64,000 nt of DNA from Candidatus Aenigmatarchaeota archaeon (GTDB lineage Archaea; EX4484-52), in contig JAGLPV010000015.1 in the NCBI GenBank assembly GCA_023137195.1, forward strand, positions 39,168 to 103,167, written 5' to 3'. The number at the start of each line of letters is the position of its first letter. Position 1 is the first letter of the stretch. Of the stretch, positions 19,736-29,028 are shown piece by piece. The notes beneath the pieces are model-generated. The model was given only the letters and a program-made list of their open reading frames with translations. It had not been told where the DNA came from and did no database searches. The position numbers were made by a program, and so were the translations under genes.

Positions 19736-20950
19736 TTATCTCTTTATATTTTCTTTTACCATGCTATTGGGCATAACTCTTGCGTTTGACTCTATCAAAA
19801 CACCAGGCATAAAATTTACATTTGTCCCGACGTCAATATCATCCCCGCATATTATTCCAAGACTTGTAATTCCTGTATTTATGTGCTTCTTTTTTGCTTC
19901 GATAAAGCACTGGATTTGAGGACGTATGCCTTGTTTTCTAAACAGGCGGTTTGAAGTTATGCATCCTGCCCCAAACCTACAGTTTTGTCCTATTACTGAG
20001 TCGCCGATATAACTTCTGTGAATTGAAGTACCCGAATAAATAACTGAATTCTTGATTTCGCTGTGTGCCCCGACTACAACATCATCTTCTACATTTGTAT
20101 AATCCCTTACAACTGAATGATTTCCGATAACGCAGTTGTCCCCAACATAGACATTGTTTTTTACAATAGCCCCTTCCATCAGGATTGTGTTTTTTCCTAT
20201 ATAAACATTTTTGCCGATTATCGCGGATTTGGCTATCTTCGCGCTTTTGCTGATGCCGGGTTTTAAAAAAGAATCAAAAATACTGTTTTTTATCGCAAGA
20301 AGATGGAAAGGATATTTTATGGAATTTAATTCTTCTTTGATTATTTTTACCTCCACCTTATTACTTTCAAGAAGGATGTTGAGAGCTTCTTCAAAATTAT
20401 ATTCTGATGGTTTTTGATTATCCAGAATATTGAGAAATTCTTTTGACAAATGATAGAGACCTACTATCCTGGTATCTGACGGCTCTTTTCCTTTCGCGGG
20501 TTTTTCAACTATTTTTTTGGGCTTGTTGTTTTTGAATTCAAAGATACCGTATAATTGAGGGGTGGTTGTTTTTTTCCCAAGCAAGACGTCTTTGTTGTCG
20601 AGCATTTTTTTCATTAATGTGTCGCAGGCAAAGTGGTTTGGGAAAACAAGAAAAAAATCATCATTTATCTGCTTTTTGGCGCAAAGTAGTGCATTTCCCA
20701 TCCCGCCGGGATTTTTTTGCTCTGCAAAACTAATGTGTATTTCTTTTTTCCTGTATTTTTCAAAATCAATTGCTTTTTCGTTGAAGTCCGGTCTTTTTAC
20801 TATTATTATGTCTTTTGTGATTTTTGAAGCTGAGTCTATTGTGTATTCCAGCAGGGTTTTGCCGCATATTTTGCTGAATGACTTGTGTTTGTCCTGTCCA
20901 AGTGGCCAGAATCTTGATGAATTCCCGCCGCATAAAATTACTGTCTGCAT
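19736..20950 (-). CDS. Bifunctional sugar-1-phosphate nucleotidyltransferase/acetyltransferase (archaeal GlmU-like)
   Basis: ILCGGNSSRFWPL, VEKP, C-terminal hexapeptide left-handed beta-helix repeats. Confidence 0.85.
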   Translation of the reverse strand: MQTVILCGGNSSRFWPLGQDKHKSFSKICGKTLLEYTIDSASKITKDIIIVKRPDFNEKAIDFEKYRKKEIHISFAEQKNPGGMGNALLCAKKQINDDFFLVFPNHFACDTLMKKMLDNKDVLLGKKTTTPQLYGIFEFKNNKPKKIVEKPAKGKEPSDTRIVGLYHLSKEFLNILDNQKPSEYNFEEALNILLESNKVEVKIIKEELNSIKYPFHLLAIKNSIFDSFLKPGISKSAKIAKSAIIGKNVYIGKNTILMEGAIVKNNVYVGDNCVIGNHSVVRDYTNVEDDVVVGAHSEIKNSVIYSGTSIHRSYIGDSVIGQNCRFGAGCITSNRLFRKQGIRPQIQCFIEAKKKHINTGITSLGIICGDDIDVGTNVNFMPGVLIESNARVMPNSMVKENIKR

Positions 20951-20951
20951 A

Positions 20952-21311
20952 TTATTTCCTGGTTTTGATATTTAAAAATGTATTAAACTTCTTCTGCGTT
21001 CCGCTTACTTCCCGGATATTTATTATTATTTTGCAATTGTTCAGTTCTTTTATGTTTGCAAGTGCAAATTCTACCTGCTCTACATGATTGTAGTTGCACA
21101 TCACGATAAAATAAACTTCTTTATTTTGCTCTTTTACCTGGATTATTTTTGCATTTGTTTTTGCTGAGCCGATATCGCCGTATAAAGAAAAAATTTGTTT
21201 TGATAGAGTTATCCTAATTTCTTTGCCTGCGTCCATGCCTTCTTTTTTTTCGACATTTATCAGCCTGCATAGGAGATATCTTTTTTTGTCTCGCATGGAT
21301 TTTGGAAGCAT
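20952..21311 (-). CDS. rnp2: RNase P protein Pop5/Rpp14
   Basis: LPKSMRDKKRYL...LYGDIG...VSGTQKK. Confidence 0.88.
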   Translation of the reverse strand: MLPKSMRDKKRYLLCRLINVEKKEGMDAGKEIRITLSKQIFSLYGDIGSAKTNAKIIQVKEQNKEVYFIVMCNYNHVEQVEFALANIKELNNCKIIINIREVSGTQKKFNTFLNIKTRK

Positions 21312-21360
21312 AAGGACACTTTGCTTTTAAGTTTAAATATATAATGATTTATATATTCTT

Positions 21361-24300
21361 ATGAGAAAAGCTCAAGTTTTACCCCTTAGTCTAATCGTGA
21401 TAACGTTAATTCTTACTATTTATTATGTCGGCGGGACATTTTTCAAGGATGTCTCTCTCACAAAACAAGAAACAATGAATTATTATGTGGAAAATGCAAA
21501 TGAAAACGTGCAATTGATTAAACAGGCATTTGAAAAAACGGCATTATTCTGGGGGGTTATGAAAACTGCGGATGAGTTGGCTGAGAGCGGGGGAATTAGC
21601 AGTGCTGACCTTGCCCTCGGTGCTGCAGACTCTGATAATTTCTGCCCACGGATGAACACTTCTTTAATAGGAGGAGAGAATATACTATACTGGGCATTGG
21701 CAGGAAACAAGAGGATTGTAAAAAGAGTGCCTTTTATATATTATCTTGACAAAGAAACAACCGCCTATGATGTTACATTTCCTCTCCTTAATAAAGCCCA
21801 GCACGAGCAATATCTGAAAGATGTATCTAATAAGGTTTACAATTTGTCTATGACTATCCAGGTGTTATTCCTGAAACATGGAACAGTCAACATCACTTTT
21901 AACCAGGATACGAGATATGCCACGTATATTATTGATGATACAGAAAAAGACGGGATTTATGAAATAAATTTCTTAAATGATAGTTTTATTCGCTCAACAA
22001 ATGATGTTGATATAAGCATTAGAGGGGAAGATACAGCAGGAAACGTTGAAAAAATCGCAAAAATAAAGCAGATTGTCGTCTCAATATATAATGGGACTGT
22101 TGTTTTTGGACCTAATTCAATATTAAACAGTCACCTTACTGCCCCTGTAGCAAACCTTAATACAGAACTTGGCATAAATGCAGACGAAGAGATAAAAATA
22201 TCTGTAGGCACTTTTGATGGTTCTTTTTCAAGAAAAACAACAAGTCCTAACAGTCCGGTATCTTCGCTTATGTGGGCAAGTGATGTGGGAATTGTCGCTA
22301 CAATGAAAGATCCTTTTGATGATTCTGTTGATGCAGTCAAGATCAGGAGTAGGGGTCTTGTTGATGAAGATGTGTATATTCGGTACTGGTACCTGTACGA
22401 TGCAGGGATTTATTTTATAAACAATCTCGATGGATTGGTCAAGGCAAGGATTTGGGATAGGTTAAATACACTTGAGGATTATTATACAGACGTAGGTGAT
22501 CAAGTTTGTGGGAAACCCGGGTGTCAAGTCAATGATAGTAGCACACGATCTTATTCAGAAGAGGATATTTATGATGAAATAGATGCCGGTCTTTCAGCAT
22601 TAACTACTCGTCTAAATAATGCGTATAGTTCTGCGGGCATAGAGTGGAGTGTATCTGCACCAAGAGCAATGCTTGATGATACGTCATTAGATACCAATTA
22701 TAAGCATATGTGCAGTTCTTCTGTTGAAACAAATAGAACTGGCAATATAGTATATAAAGACAGTTACTTGAGCAAATGCACTCAAGACGGGACGTTATGT
22801 GGTGGGAAAACATGCATTAGAAGGAAGTCCTGTCCTACTTGTTATTACACTGTTGGGTGGCAGAATAAAAAATATAATACATGCACTTATTATTATGGTC
22901 ATATATATATTGTAAAAAATATCCCTGTCCTTGTAGAAATAACAGACACAAAATATCAAATTACTGACTCAAACGGGAATCAAAAAAATCCTACGATTAA
23001 ATTCTTTGCAGAGATAGATAAAGTACAAGACAATTGCTGCAATAGCGGCAATACAGTATGCAGTTCATTAAGAAACAGCCATTGTTCAAATCCGTATGGG
23101 AAAATAACTCCTGTTGCGCCTCCAGAGGTAAATCTTCCTCTTAATATTACCGATGTATTTGTATCTGATATAAATGAAAACAATGTGACAATAAACTGGC
23201 AATCAACAAAGGATGCCACTTCTGTGCTCGTGGTTAAAAATTCATTGGGTGCTACTGTCTATTCCCATGCATATTCTTTAGATACTTTATTTGACCAAAT
23301 AGTGACTGGTCTTGCAGAGGATCAGGTGTATACTTACGATATCACTGTAACTTCCGGGGCAGTAACAGATTCCTATTCTGATACGTTCACAACACATAAG
23401 ACAGATACTCCTCCTTCACCCGATCCTTTTTGCACCATAACAATAAATCCTCCTGTTGGTGGAGCTATCCTTTCGGGAACTGTAACTATAACTGCAACAG
23501 TAACCTGTCCTCCGGCCATAGGCAATATAGTTGCGGCAGATAATGTTTCATTTATGCTGGAGCAAGATTACGCACCAACCAGTTCTGCCTTGGCAGGACT
23601 AACAGCGACATATAATCTAAATTGGGACTCTGAAGTAATATTAGAGGATGGATGGAAAAATATAAGCGCAAAATTCACAAAAACTGGGAAAAGTGTAAAT
23701 GATAGAATTCTTGTGATATTGAACAACGGTCAGGTTACATTGAATGTCAATGATATTGAAATAATACAGATGTCACTCACAACAGTAGATGTTATCGTTG
23801 ACTTAAACAAAGGCAGTCCGATGGTGACAACTCCTAAGCTTCTGAACCCAGATGATACAGACACGGGCATAATCCCTACTGAATCGCCTGCCAATACATA
23901 TACATTTAGTCTTGCTGGTCTTAGTCCAGACACACACTATCCTACCACCGGAGCTAATGATAATTATACTTTTTATGCAACTGATGGAGCAGATATAGTG
24001 GAGAGGAATATTTCATTTACAACAAACCCAAAAATTACCATTTCTACACTGGATACAACAGCAGAGGTTGTTGTTGAGACTACCCGGTCTGCATTAACCA
24101 TGAAATTAGAAGATCATAATGGTGTTGGTGCAGGACCGCCGAACCAGATAGGAAACATATATACTTTCAATCTTAATGGGCTCAGCGCAGACACTCGCTA
24201 TCCTCACCCAACAGATATGACAAAATTTTATACTCTTAAAATAAATGATGCCGGAACAATAGAGGAATGTGATAGTCTTTGGTTCCAGACAAAGACATCA

Positions 24301-24597
24301 TGCAAAATAGAGATAATAACGCCTTCTTCCGGGATTGTTAAAGGAATAAAGACAATACAAGTAGATGTAACGGAATGTCCTAATGATATTACGGAAAATG
24401 TTAATGTTATTGTTAATGGTGGGGTTTTTTCAACAGTGATTAGTCCATCTTTTACTGGTCCAGACCACACGAAATCAGAATACATAACTTCATGGAATAC
24501 CGCTATGGATGTAAATGGAACTTATGATCTTGATGCTTCTTTTACAAAGTTAGGCAAAACAATAACCGATAGTATAATTGTAACAATAGACAATTGA
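21361..24597 (+). CDS. Giant pilin-like (class III signal) surface protein with Cys-rich, FN3 and Big-like domains
   Basis: MRKAQ followed by hydrophobic helix; Cys-rich mid region; FN3 pattern (VTINW...GLAEDQVYTY); duplicated YTFxLxGLSxDTxYP and SAKFTKxGK modules. Confidence 0.75.
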   Translation: MRKAQVLPLSLIVITLILTIYYVGGTFFKDVSLTKQETMNYYVENANENVQLIKQAFEKTALFWGVMKTADELAESGGISSADLALGAADSDNFCPRMNTSLIGGENILYWALAGNKRIVKRVPFIYYLDKETTAYDVTFPLLNKAQHEQYLKDVSNKVYNLSMTIQVLFLKHGTVNITFNQDTRYATYIIDDTEKDGIYEINFLNDSFIRSTNDVDISIRGEDTAGNVEKIAKIKQIVVSIYNGTVVFGPNSILNSHLTAPVANLNTELGINADEEIKISVGTFDGSFSRKTTSPNSPVSSLMWASDVGIVATMKDPFDDSVDAVKIRSRGLVDEDVYIRYWYLYDAGIYFINNLDGLVKARIWDRLNTLEDYYTDVGDQVCGKPGCQVNDSSTRSYSEEDIYDEIDAGLSALTTRLNNAYSSAGIEWSVSAPRAMLDDTSLDTNYKHMCSSSVETNRTGNIVYKDSYLSKCTQDGTLCGGKTCIRRKSCPTCYYTVGWQNKKYNTCTYYYGHIYIVKNIPVLVEITDTKYQITDSNGNQKNPTIKFFAEIDKVQDNCCNSGNTVCSSLRNSHCSNPYGKITPVAPPEVNLPLNITDVFVSDINENNVTINWQSTKDATSVLVVKNSLGATVYSHAYSLDTLFDQIVTGLAEDQVYTYDITVTSGAVTDSYSDTFTTHKTDTPPSPDPFCTITINPPVGGAILSGTVTITATVTCPPAIGNIVAADNVSFMLEQDYAPTSSALAGLTATYNLNWDSEVILEDGWKNISAKFTKTGKSVNDRILVILNNGQVTLNVNDIEIIQMSLTTVDVIVDLNKGSPMVTTPKLLNPDDTDTGIIPTESPANTYTFSLAGLSPDTHYPTTGANDNYTFYATDGADIVERNISFTTNPKITISTLDTTAEVVVETTRSALTMKLEDHNGVGAGPPNQIGNIYTFNLNGLSADTRYPHPTDMTKFYTLKINDAGTIEECDSLWFQTKTSCKIEIITPSSGIVKGIKTIQVDVTECPNDITENVNVIVNGGVFSTVISPSFTGPDHTKSEYITSWNTAMDVNGTYDLDASFTKLGKTITDSIIVTIDN

Positions 24598-24598
24598 A

Positions 24599-25474
24599 TC
24601 AGACAAAACAAGATAGGATGAGTCCCAGAACCACGAAAACAGACAGATTAATTGTTTTTTGTATCTTTAATGTATCAATACCACCTGCTTTTAATTTTTC
24701 AATATCCTGGTGTGTTATTGGTCGAAAAGGAGAGATGACCTCTTTTTTATTCATGTAATTGTTCATCATCTTCTGACGGAAAATTGAATTTATGAACATT
24801 GGAATATTCTGCCTCGTGAATTTTTCTTTTGTTCGGATTACAAACTCCGCGGGAATCATGCCGGCTCGCAACTGGTTTGTCGGGCACCATATTGAAAAAG
24901 AATCTGTGATTACATTAAATGCGAAAACAGCAAATAGCAAGACCAGGGAATTTTCCAGTGAAGCAATTGAATTCAATGCAATGAAAAAATACATATCTGC
25001 AAGGAAATAAAGCAGCATTTTGTTTTTATTCAACAATTTCATTGTTTTGTTTTTGCCCATCCTGTTCAAAAAAACCTCTATGCAGAAGAATAAAAGGGCA
25101 GATAAAATAAAGGAGATTCTTTGGTTTTTCAATACGACCATGAAAAGGGAATTGTAAAAGAACATTGCAAGAAAAAAAGAATAATAATATTCTATCTGCT
25201 TTCTTGTTTTGCTGGGGTATTTTACCTGCTCCTCTTCTTTGTAGAATATTGTTTTTTTGGAAAGAGAGTATAGAAATACATAAGCAAAATACAAAATTAC
25301 TGTGTTTTTAAGTACGCTTTCTGCGATGTATGGGTTTGGGTTAAAGAAGAACAAAACCAAGACTCCGGTAAAATAAAGGGTTGCTGTCTTTCTGCCCATT
25401 ACTTTTAGAAAAACCAAAATCAGGCAAATCAATATTAATTTTGCCATGACAATAAATAATGGTGGTATAATCAT
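24599..25474 (-). CDS. Multi-pass membrane protein resembling the C-terminal part of archaeal prepilin peptidase (A24), catalytic motif not evident
   Basis: Multiple TM helices, LRAGMIPAE and ITHQDIEKLK...TLKIQKTINLSVFVVLGLILS motifs; no GGGD; last gene of the radical SAM operon. Confidence 0.55.
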   Translation of the reverse strand: MIIPPLFIVMAKLILICLILVFLKVMGRKTATLYFTGVLVLFFFNPNPYIAESVLKNTVILYFAYVFLYSLSKKTIFYKEEEQVKYPSKTRKQIEYYYSFFLAMFFYNSLFMVVLKNQRISFILSALLFFCIEVFLNRMGKNKTMKLLNKNKMLLYFLADMYFFIALNSIASLENSLVLLFAVFAFNVITDSFSIWCPTNQLRAGMIPAEFVIRTKEKFTRQNIPMFINSIFRQKMMNNYMNKKEVISPFRPITHQDIEKLKAGGIDTLKIQKTINLSVFVVLGLILSCFV

Positions 25475-25477
25475 AAT

Positions 25478-26863
25478 CTATTCTTCTGTCTTCAATATTG
25501 CCTTAAAATAGTCAATATATTTTTTATCATTTAGTCTTTTGAACAGGTAATCCAGTATGACTTTATTTACATAACAGTCGAAATCGCCCGGTGTTTTTGC
25601 GACAAAACTCCCGTAAGTGGCATAAGTCATGACAGCACAGTTTCCGCAGAAATTATTGTATGCGCATGTGTCGCACAATGGCTGGAATTCCTGTGTGCGT
25701 GTTCTCAAATCCAGAGTATCCATTACAATCTGGCTGAAGGTTGTTGTCTTTATATTCCCTACTTTCAATTCAGGTATGCTTCTTGCAATGTCGCAGGGAT
25801 AAATATCTCCGTTTGGCGTAATGGAAACCTGGGTCATTGCCGCTCCGCAGGGCATTCTCATACACATATATCTTTTTACAGGAAAGATTATGTTTTTTAT
25901 AAATGTAGTTATGTTTCGGTCTGCCATCAGGTATTTTTTTTCGTTGAATAAAAAGACGCAATACTCAAATGAGTCTTTCAAAAAGTCTGCAAATTCTTTT
26001 TTGCCCGGGGTCAAATAAGTGTTTTTTTTGCCCCTGCCCAGCTCATTTACGGCGCGCAGATAAATGCCGTTTCTTCCCAGTTTTATGTACTCGTCAATTA
26101 TTGCCCTTGCGCCAACATCAATTGATTTTTTTGTGATTGTGGGCATTGTGCCCACTGTTCTTTTTCTTTTTTCAAAATAATCGCACCACTTCACTACTGC
26201 ATCATAACTGCCTCTTCCGTCAATAAAACTTCTTTGGGCATCATGAAGTTCTCTTGGACCGTCAAGGGATGAAGAAAGACCTATGTTGTTTTCCAGGATG
26301 TAATCTGCTATTTCTAGGTTCATCAGGGTGAGATTGGATACGATTGTTGCGCTTGCAAGGGTCTTGTTGTATTTTTTTTTCCTTTTGTTGAATTCTTCCA
26401 GGATATATTTTATTTTGTCAAACCTCAGCAATGGCTCTCCGCCCTGGAATTCAATTGTTATGTTCTTGTGGGGGAGATTTAGGATAAAATCAAGATATGC
26501 CTCAATTGTCCTGTCGTCCATGTCCAGATTCTCTTCTTCCCTGGTTCCGGCATTTGCATGGCAATAAAGGCAACCCAAATTGCACCTGTGTGTGAGATTG
26601 ACAATGCAATTCATAAATATGGATTTGTTCTGCATGTATTGCATACCAGTAAGAGCAATAACATCTTTTGTGTTTTGTGTGTCAAGTAAAATCTTGTTTT
26701 CGACTAGCTTTTTTGTCCAGTTCTTATTTTGCCTGTATTGACCATTATTTAATGCCCTATACTCTTTTTCAGACAGCAATGCATAAGTTCCGCATCTGGT
26801 TGTTACCAAAAACAGGTCTTTGTCTATTTTCCTTGAAAAATACTCGTTTAGTACTGGTTCCAT
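25478..26863 (-). CDS. Radical SAM/SPASM peptide maturase, HxsB-like
   Basis: CNLGCLYCH, ITIEFQGGEPLL, SSSLDGPRELHD, MRMPCGA...NGDIYPCD, CDTCAYNNFCGNC. Confidence 0.85.
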   Translation of the reverse strand: MEPVLNEYFSRKIDKDLFLVTTRCGTYALLSEKEYRALNNGQYRQNKNWTKKLVENKILLDTQNTKDVIALTGMQYMQNKSIFMNCIVNLTHRCNLGCLYCHANAGTREEENLDMDDRTIEAYLDFILNLPHKNITIEFQGGEPLLRFDKIKYILEEFNKRKKKYNKTLASATIVSNLTLMNLEIADYILENNIGLSSSLDGPRELHDAQRSFIDGRGSYDAVVKWCDYFEKRKRTVGTMPTITKKSIDVGARAIIDEYIKLGRNGIYLRAVNELGRGKKNTYLTPGKKEFADFLKDSFEYCVFLFNEKKYLMADRNITTFIKNIIFPVKRYMCMRMPCGAAMTQVSITPNGDIYPCDIARSIPELKVGNIKTTTFSQIVMDTLDLRTRTQEFQPLCDTCAYNNFCGNCAVMTYATYGSFVAKTPGDFDCYVNKVILDYLFKRLNDKKYIDYFKAILKTEE

Positions 26864-26876
26864 ATTGCATCATTTG

Positions 26877-28643
26877 TCATTGTCTGGGGTTAAACTCACC
26901 TATCCCATATTCTTTTATGTAGTTTGACCAGACGCCGTCGCATTTAGTCCTGTAAAATGAACAGGTTTTGCATATGTTGTTGTTTGCAGCTTCCTGGCTT
27001 TCTCTATCATACAAAGGCATTCTTTTTTGCCTCAATGAATTTATGTTTTTGTAATTTTTTAAAACACAGATAGGGAACATGTCTACCTGACAATTTATTT
27101 TTTTTGATTTTGCAAAGTTTATTGCAGAATCCATGTAAGGGGCTACTTTGCCTGCTTTTATAGAAAGTATTTTCTTGTTTCTTATTGCAGAGCCGTTTAT
27201 ACTTAGGAAACTAAAAATAATGCTTGTTTTGCCGGGGAATCTCGTGTGTAGAAAATCCACTATGTCTTTTAGATATATGTAATTCATCTTATGCATGACT
27301 ATCTTTATTATTATGGCGCAATTGTTGTTTACTAAGTTCTCAATGCCATTTAGTGTTTCGTTGAAACTTCCCTTTCTTTGTGTGATTTTGTCATGCAGTT
27401 CTGCATTGTGCCCGTGAATATCAATGCAAAAACGAGTTATTCCTGCTTGAATTATATTTTTCGCAAAAATATCATCCTTTAATTTTCTGCCATTTGTAGT
27501 TATGGAGACATTGTCTGTGTATTTTTTTATGTGTTTTATCAAAGGAATTATGTCCTTAAATATTGTCGGCTCTCCGCCCATCAATACAATAGAATCCTGT
27601 TTTCTTAATTTAAGCAAATCAATCTTTTCCTTTATTTTTTCCGGGGTCTTGTCGTTGGATGGGTTGTTTCCGTTTTCAGAGCAAAAAAGACAGTCATTAT
27701 TGCATGCGCCGCATACATCAAAAACGATTGTTTTCTTATTTTCTTTTTTTTCCTGCTTTAATTCGCCTGTTCCAAACGCATCATAATAGCTGGACCATGT
27801 GCCATAGCATTTTTTGTTCAAATCGCATGAATAACATTCCGGGGCAGCTCCATGTTCATCTGTTTTATTCTGCACTTCCTTTGAAGGTGACCTATATAGG
27901 GAAACTGTGTCTGGCTGCTGCCCGGCATAATTCCGATATTCCTTACTAAGAACGCACAAAGGAATAGAATACAAAACCATGTTGATATTATATTTATTTG
28001 CGATATCTATTGCCTTATAGACATAAGGAATATAATCTGTAAAGGAAACTGCAACTTTGTCTTTAGATGCCAGTGCCATCCCCCTGATATCCAGCCCGTT
28101 TATTGACATATTCTTTACTGAAGGGAAATTCTTTGCGACAAACTCGACAATCTGCGGCATGTCTTTATAATTTAGCTTTGTGACTATTATTTTTACAGTT
28201 ACAGGAACATTTAGTTGGGATAAATTTTTTATTCCCTGGTGGGTCTCTCTAAAACTCCCTTTTACCTGTGTGAGTTCATCGTGTTTTTCCTCTTTCCAGT
28301 GATGCAATGCAGTAATGACGCTTCTTATATTGTATCCTGAAAATTCTCCGGCAAATGCAAAATTGCAAAATCTCCTGCCGTTTGTAAGCAGAGAGTAATG
28401 CAAATAAGGATATTTTTGACCCAGGTATGATAAAATATACAAAAAATCTTCTCTTACTGTCGGCTCACCACCAGAAAGTTCAATAAGCCCAATGTCCTTG
28501 TTTTTTTCCAGGCGATTATTAAAGAAATCCAAAACTTCTTTTTTTGTCATATTCTTATTCCTGTTGGAATGCGCATCCACAACACAAATAAGACAATTAT
28601 TATTGCACCTGTATCCGAGCGCGCAATAGCATTTTGTAAACAT
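26877..28643 (-). CDS. Tandem double radical SAM protein, both halves HxsC-like
   Basis: Two CxxxCxxC motifs (CNNNCLIC; CNNDCLFC), each with GGEPT, TNGR, HD.(L/I)TQ.KGSF and a trailing CxxCx5-6C.G.W. Confidence 0.85.
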   Translation of the reverse strand: MFTKCYCALGYRCNNNCLICVVDAHSNRNKNMTKKEVLDFFNNRLEKNKDIGLIELSGGEPTVREDFLYILSYLGQKYPYLHYSLLTNGRRFCNFAFAGEFSGYNIRSVITALHHWKEEKHDELTQVKGSFRETHQGIKNLSQLNVPVTVKIIVTKLNYKDMPQIVEFVAKNFPSVKNMSINGLDIRGMALASKDKVAVSFTDYIPYVYKAIDIANKYNINMVLYSIPLCVLSKEYRNYAGQQPDTVSLYRSPSKEVQNKTDEHGAAPECYSCDLNKKCYGTWSSYYDAFGTGELKQEKKENKKTIVFDVCGACNNDCLFCSENGNNPSNDKTPEKIKEKIDLLKLRKQDSIVLMGGEPTIFKDIIPLIKHIKKYTDNVSITTNGRKLKDDIFAKNIIQAGITRFCIDIHGHNAELHDKITQRKGSFNETLNGIENLVNNNCAIIIKIVMHKMNYIYLKDIVDFLHTRFPGKTSIIFSFLSINGSAIRNKKILSIKAGKVAPYMDSAINFAKSKKINCQVDMFPICVLKNYKNINSLRQKRMPLYDRESQEAANNNICKTCSFYRTKCDGVWSNYIKEYGIGEFNPRQ

Positions 28644-28646
28644 AGC

Positions 28647-28979
28647 CTATAACCACCTAAGAGACCATGTATTGGAATGCCTGGTCCAGTTGCACCAGTC
28701 GCTCCAGTCGCACCAGTCACACCACTGCGCCCAGTTACTCCATCCAGCATGATGCGTGTTTTTTACAGAAGGGTTTGTGCTATTATTCCACCCGGAAACG
28801 CAGGTTGATGCCTCTGCCTCCGGTGAGCTGGAAAGCAGATATCCTGCTGCTGCACCTAAAAGGACAAGCCCTGTAATAACTCCTGTTTTTTCATCATTAC
28901 TCAGGTAATTCAGAGAAAACATAGCTTTCTTGTTTTCAAGCTTGTTTTTTATCTTTTTTATTTTATCTGCAAAAGCCAT
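28647..28979 (-). CDS. Putative RiPP precursor: basic N-terminus, TM helix, AEA cleavage site, Trp-Xaa-Xaa repeat core
   Basis: ...AEA-STCVSGWNNSTNPSVKNTH-HAG-WSN-WAQ-WCD-WCD-WSD-WCN-WTR-HSN-TWSLRWL; first gene of the operon, 3 nt from the radical SAM gene. Confidence 0.8.
   Translation of the reverse strand: MAFADKIKKIKNKLENKKAMFSLNYLSNDEKTGVITGLVLLGAAAGYLLSSSPEAEASTCVSGWNNSTNPSVKNTHHAGWSNWAQWCDWCDWSDWCNWTRHSNTWSLRWL
28680..28745 (-). repeat. 9-bp periodic coding repeat (seven TGG codons at 9-nt spacing)
   Basis: CCA on the + strand at 28686, 28695, 28704, 28713, 28722, 28731, 28740. Confidence 0.9.
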
Positions 28980-29028
28980 ATAAAAGCATAATATTTAATT
29001 ATTTAAATTTAATTCATTCAATATACTT

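Noticed and set aside
28680-28745. Possible CRISPR or microsatellite
   Set aside because: 9-nt period without spacers; explained by the coding repeat. No CRISPR array or cas gene was seen in the window
28547-28750. Collagen-like ORF (GVTGATGATGATGPG)
   Set aside because: Alternative frame of the 9-bp Trp-triad repeat; it overlaps both the precursor and the radical SAM start and has no independent start context
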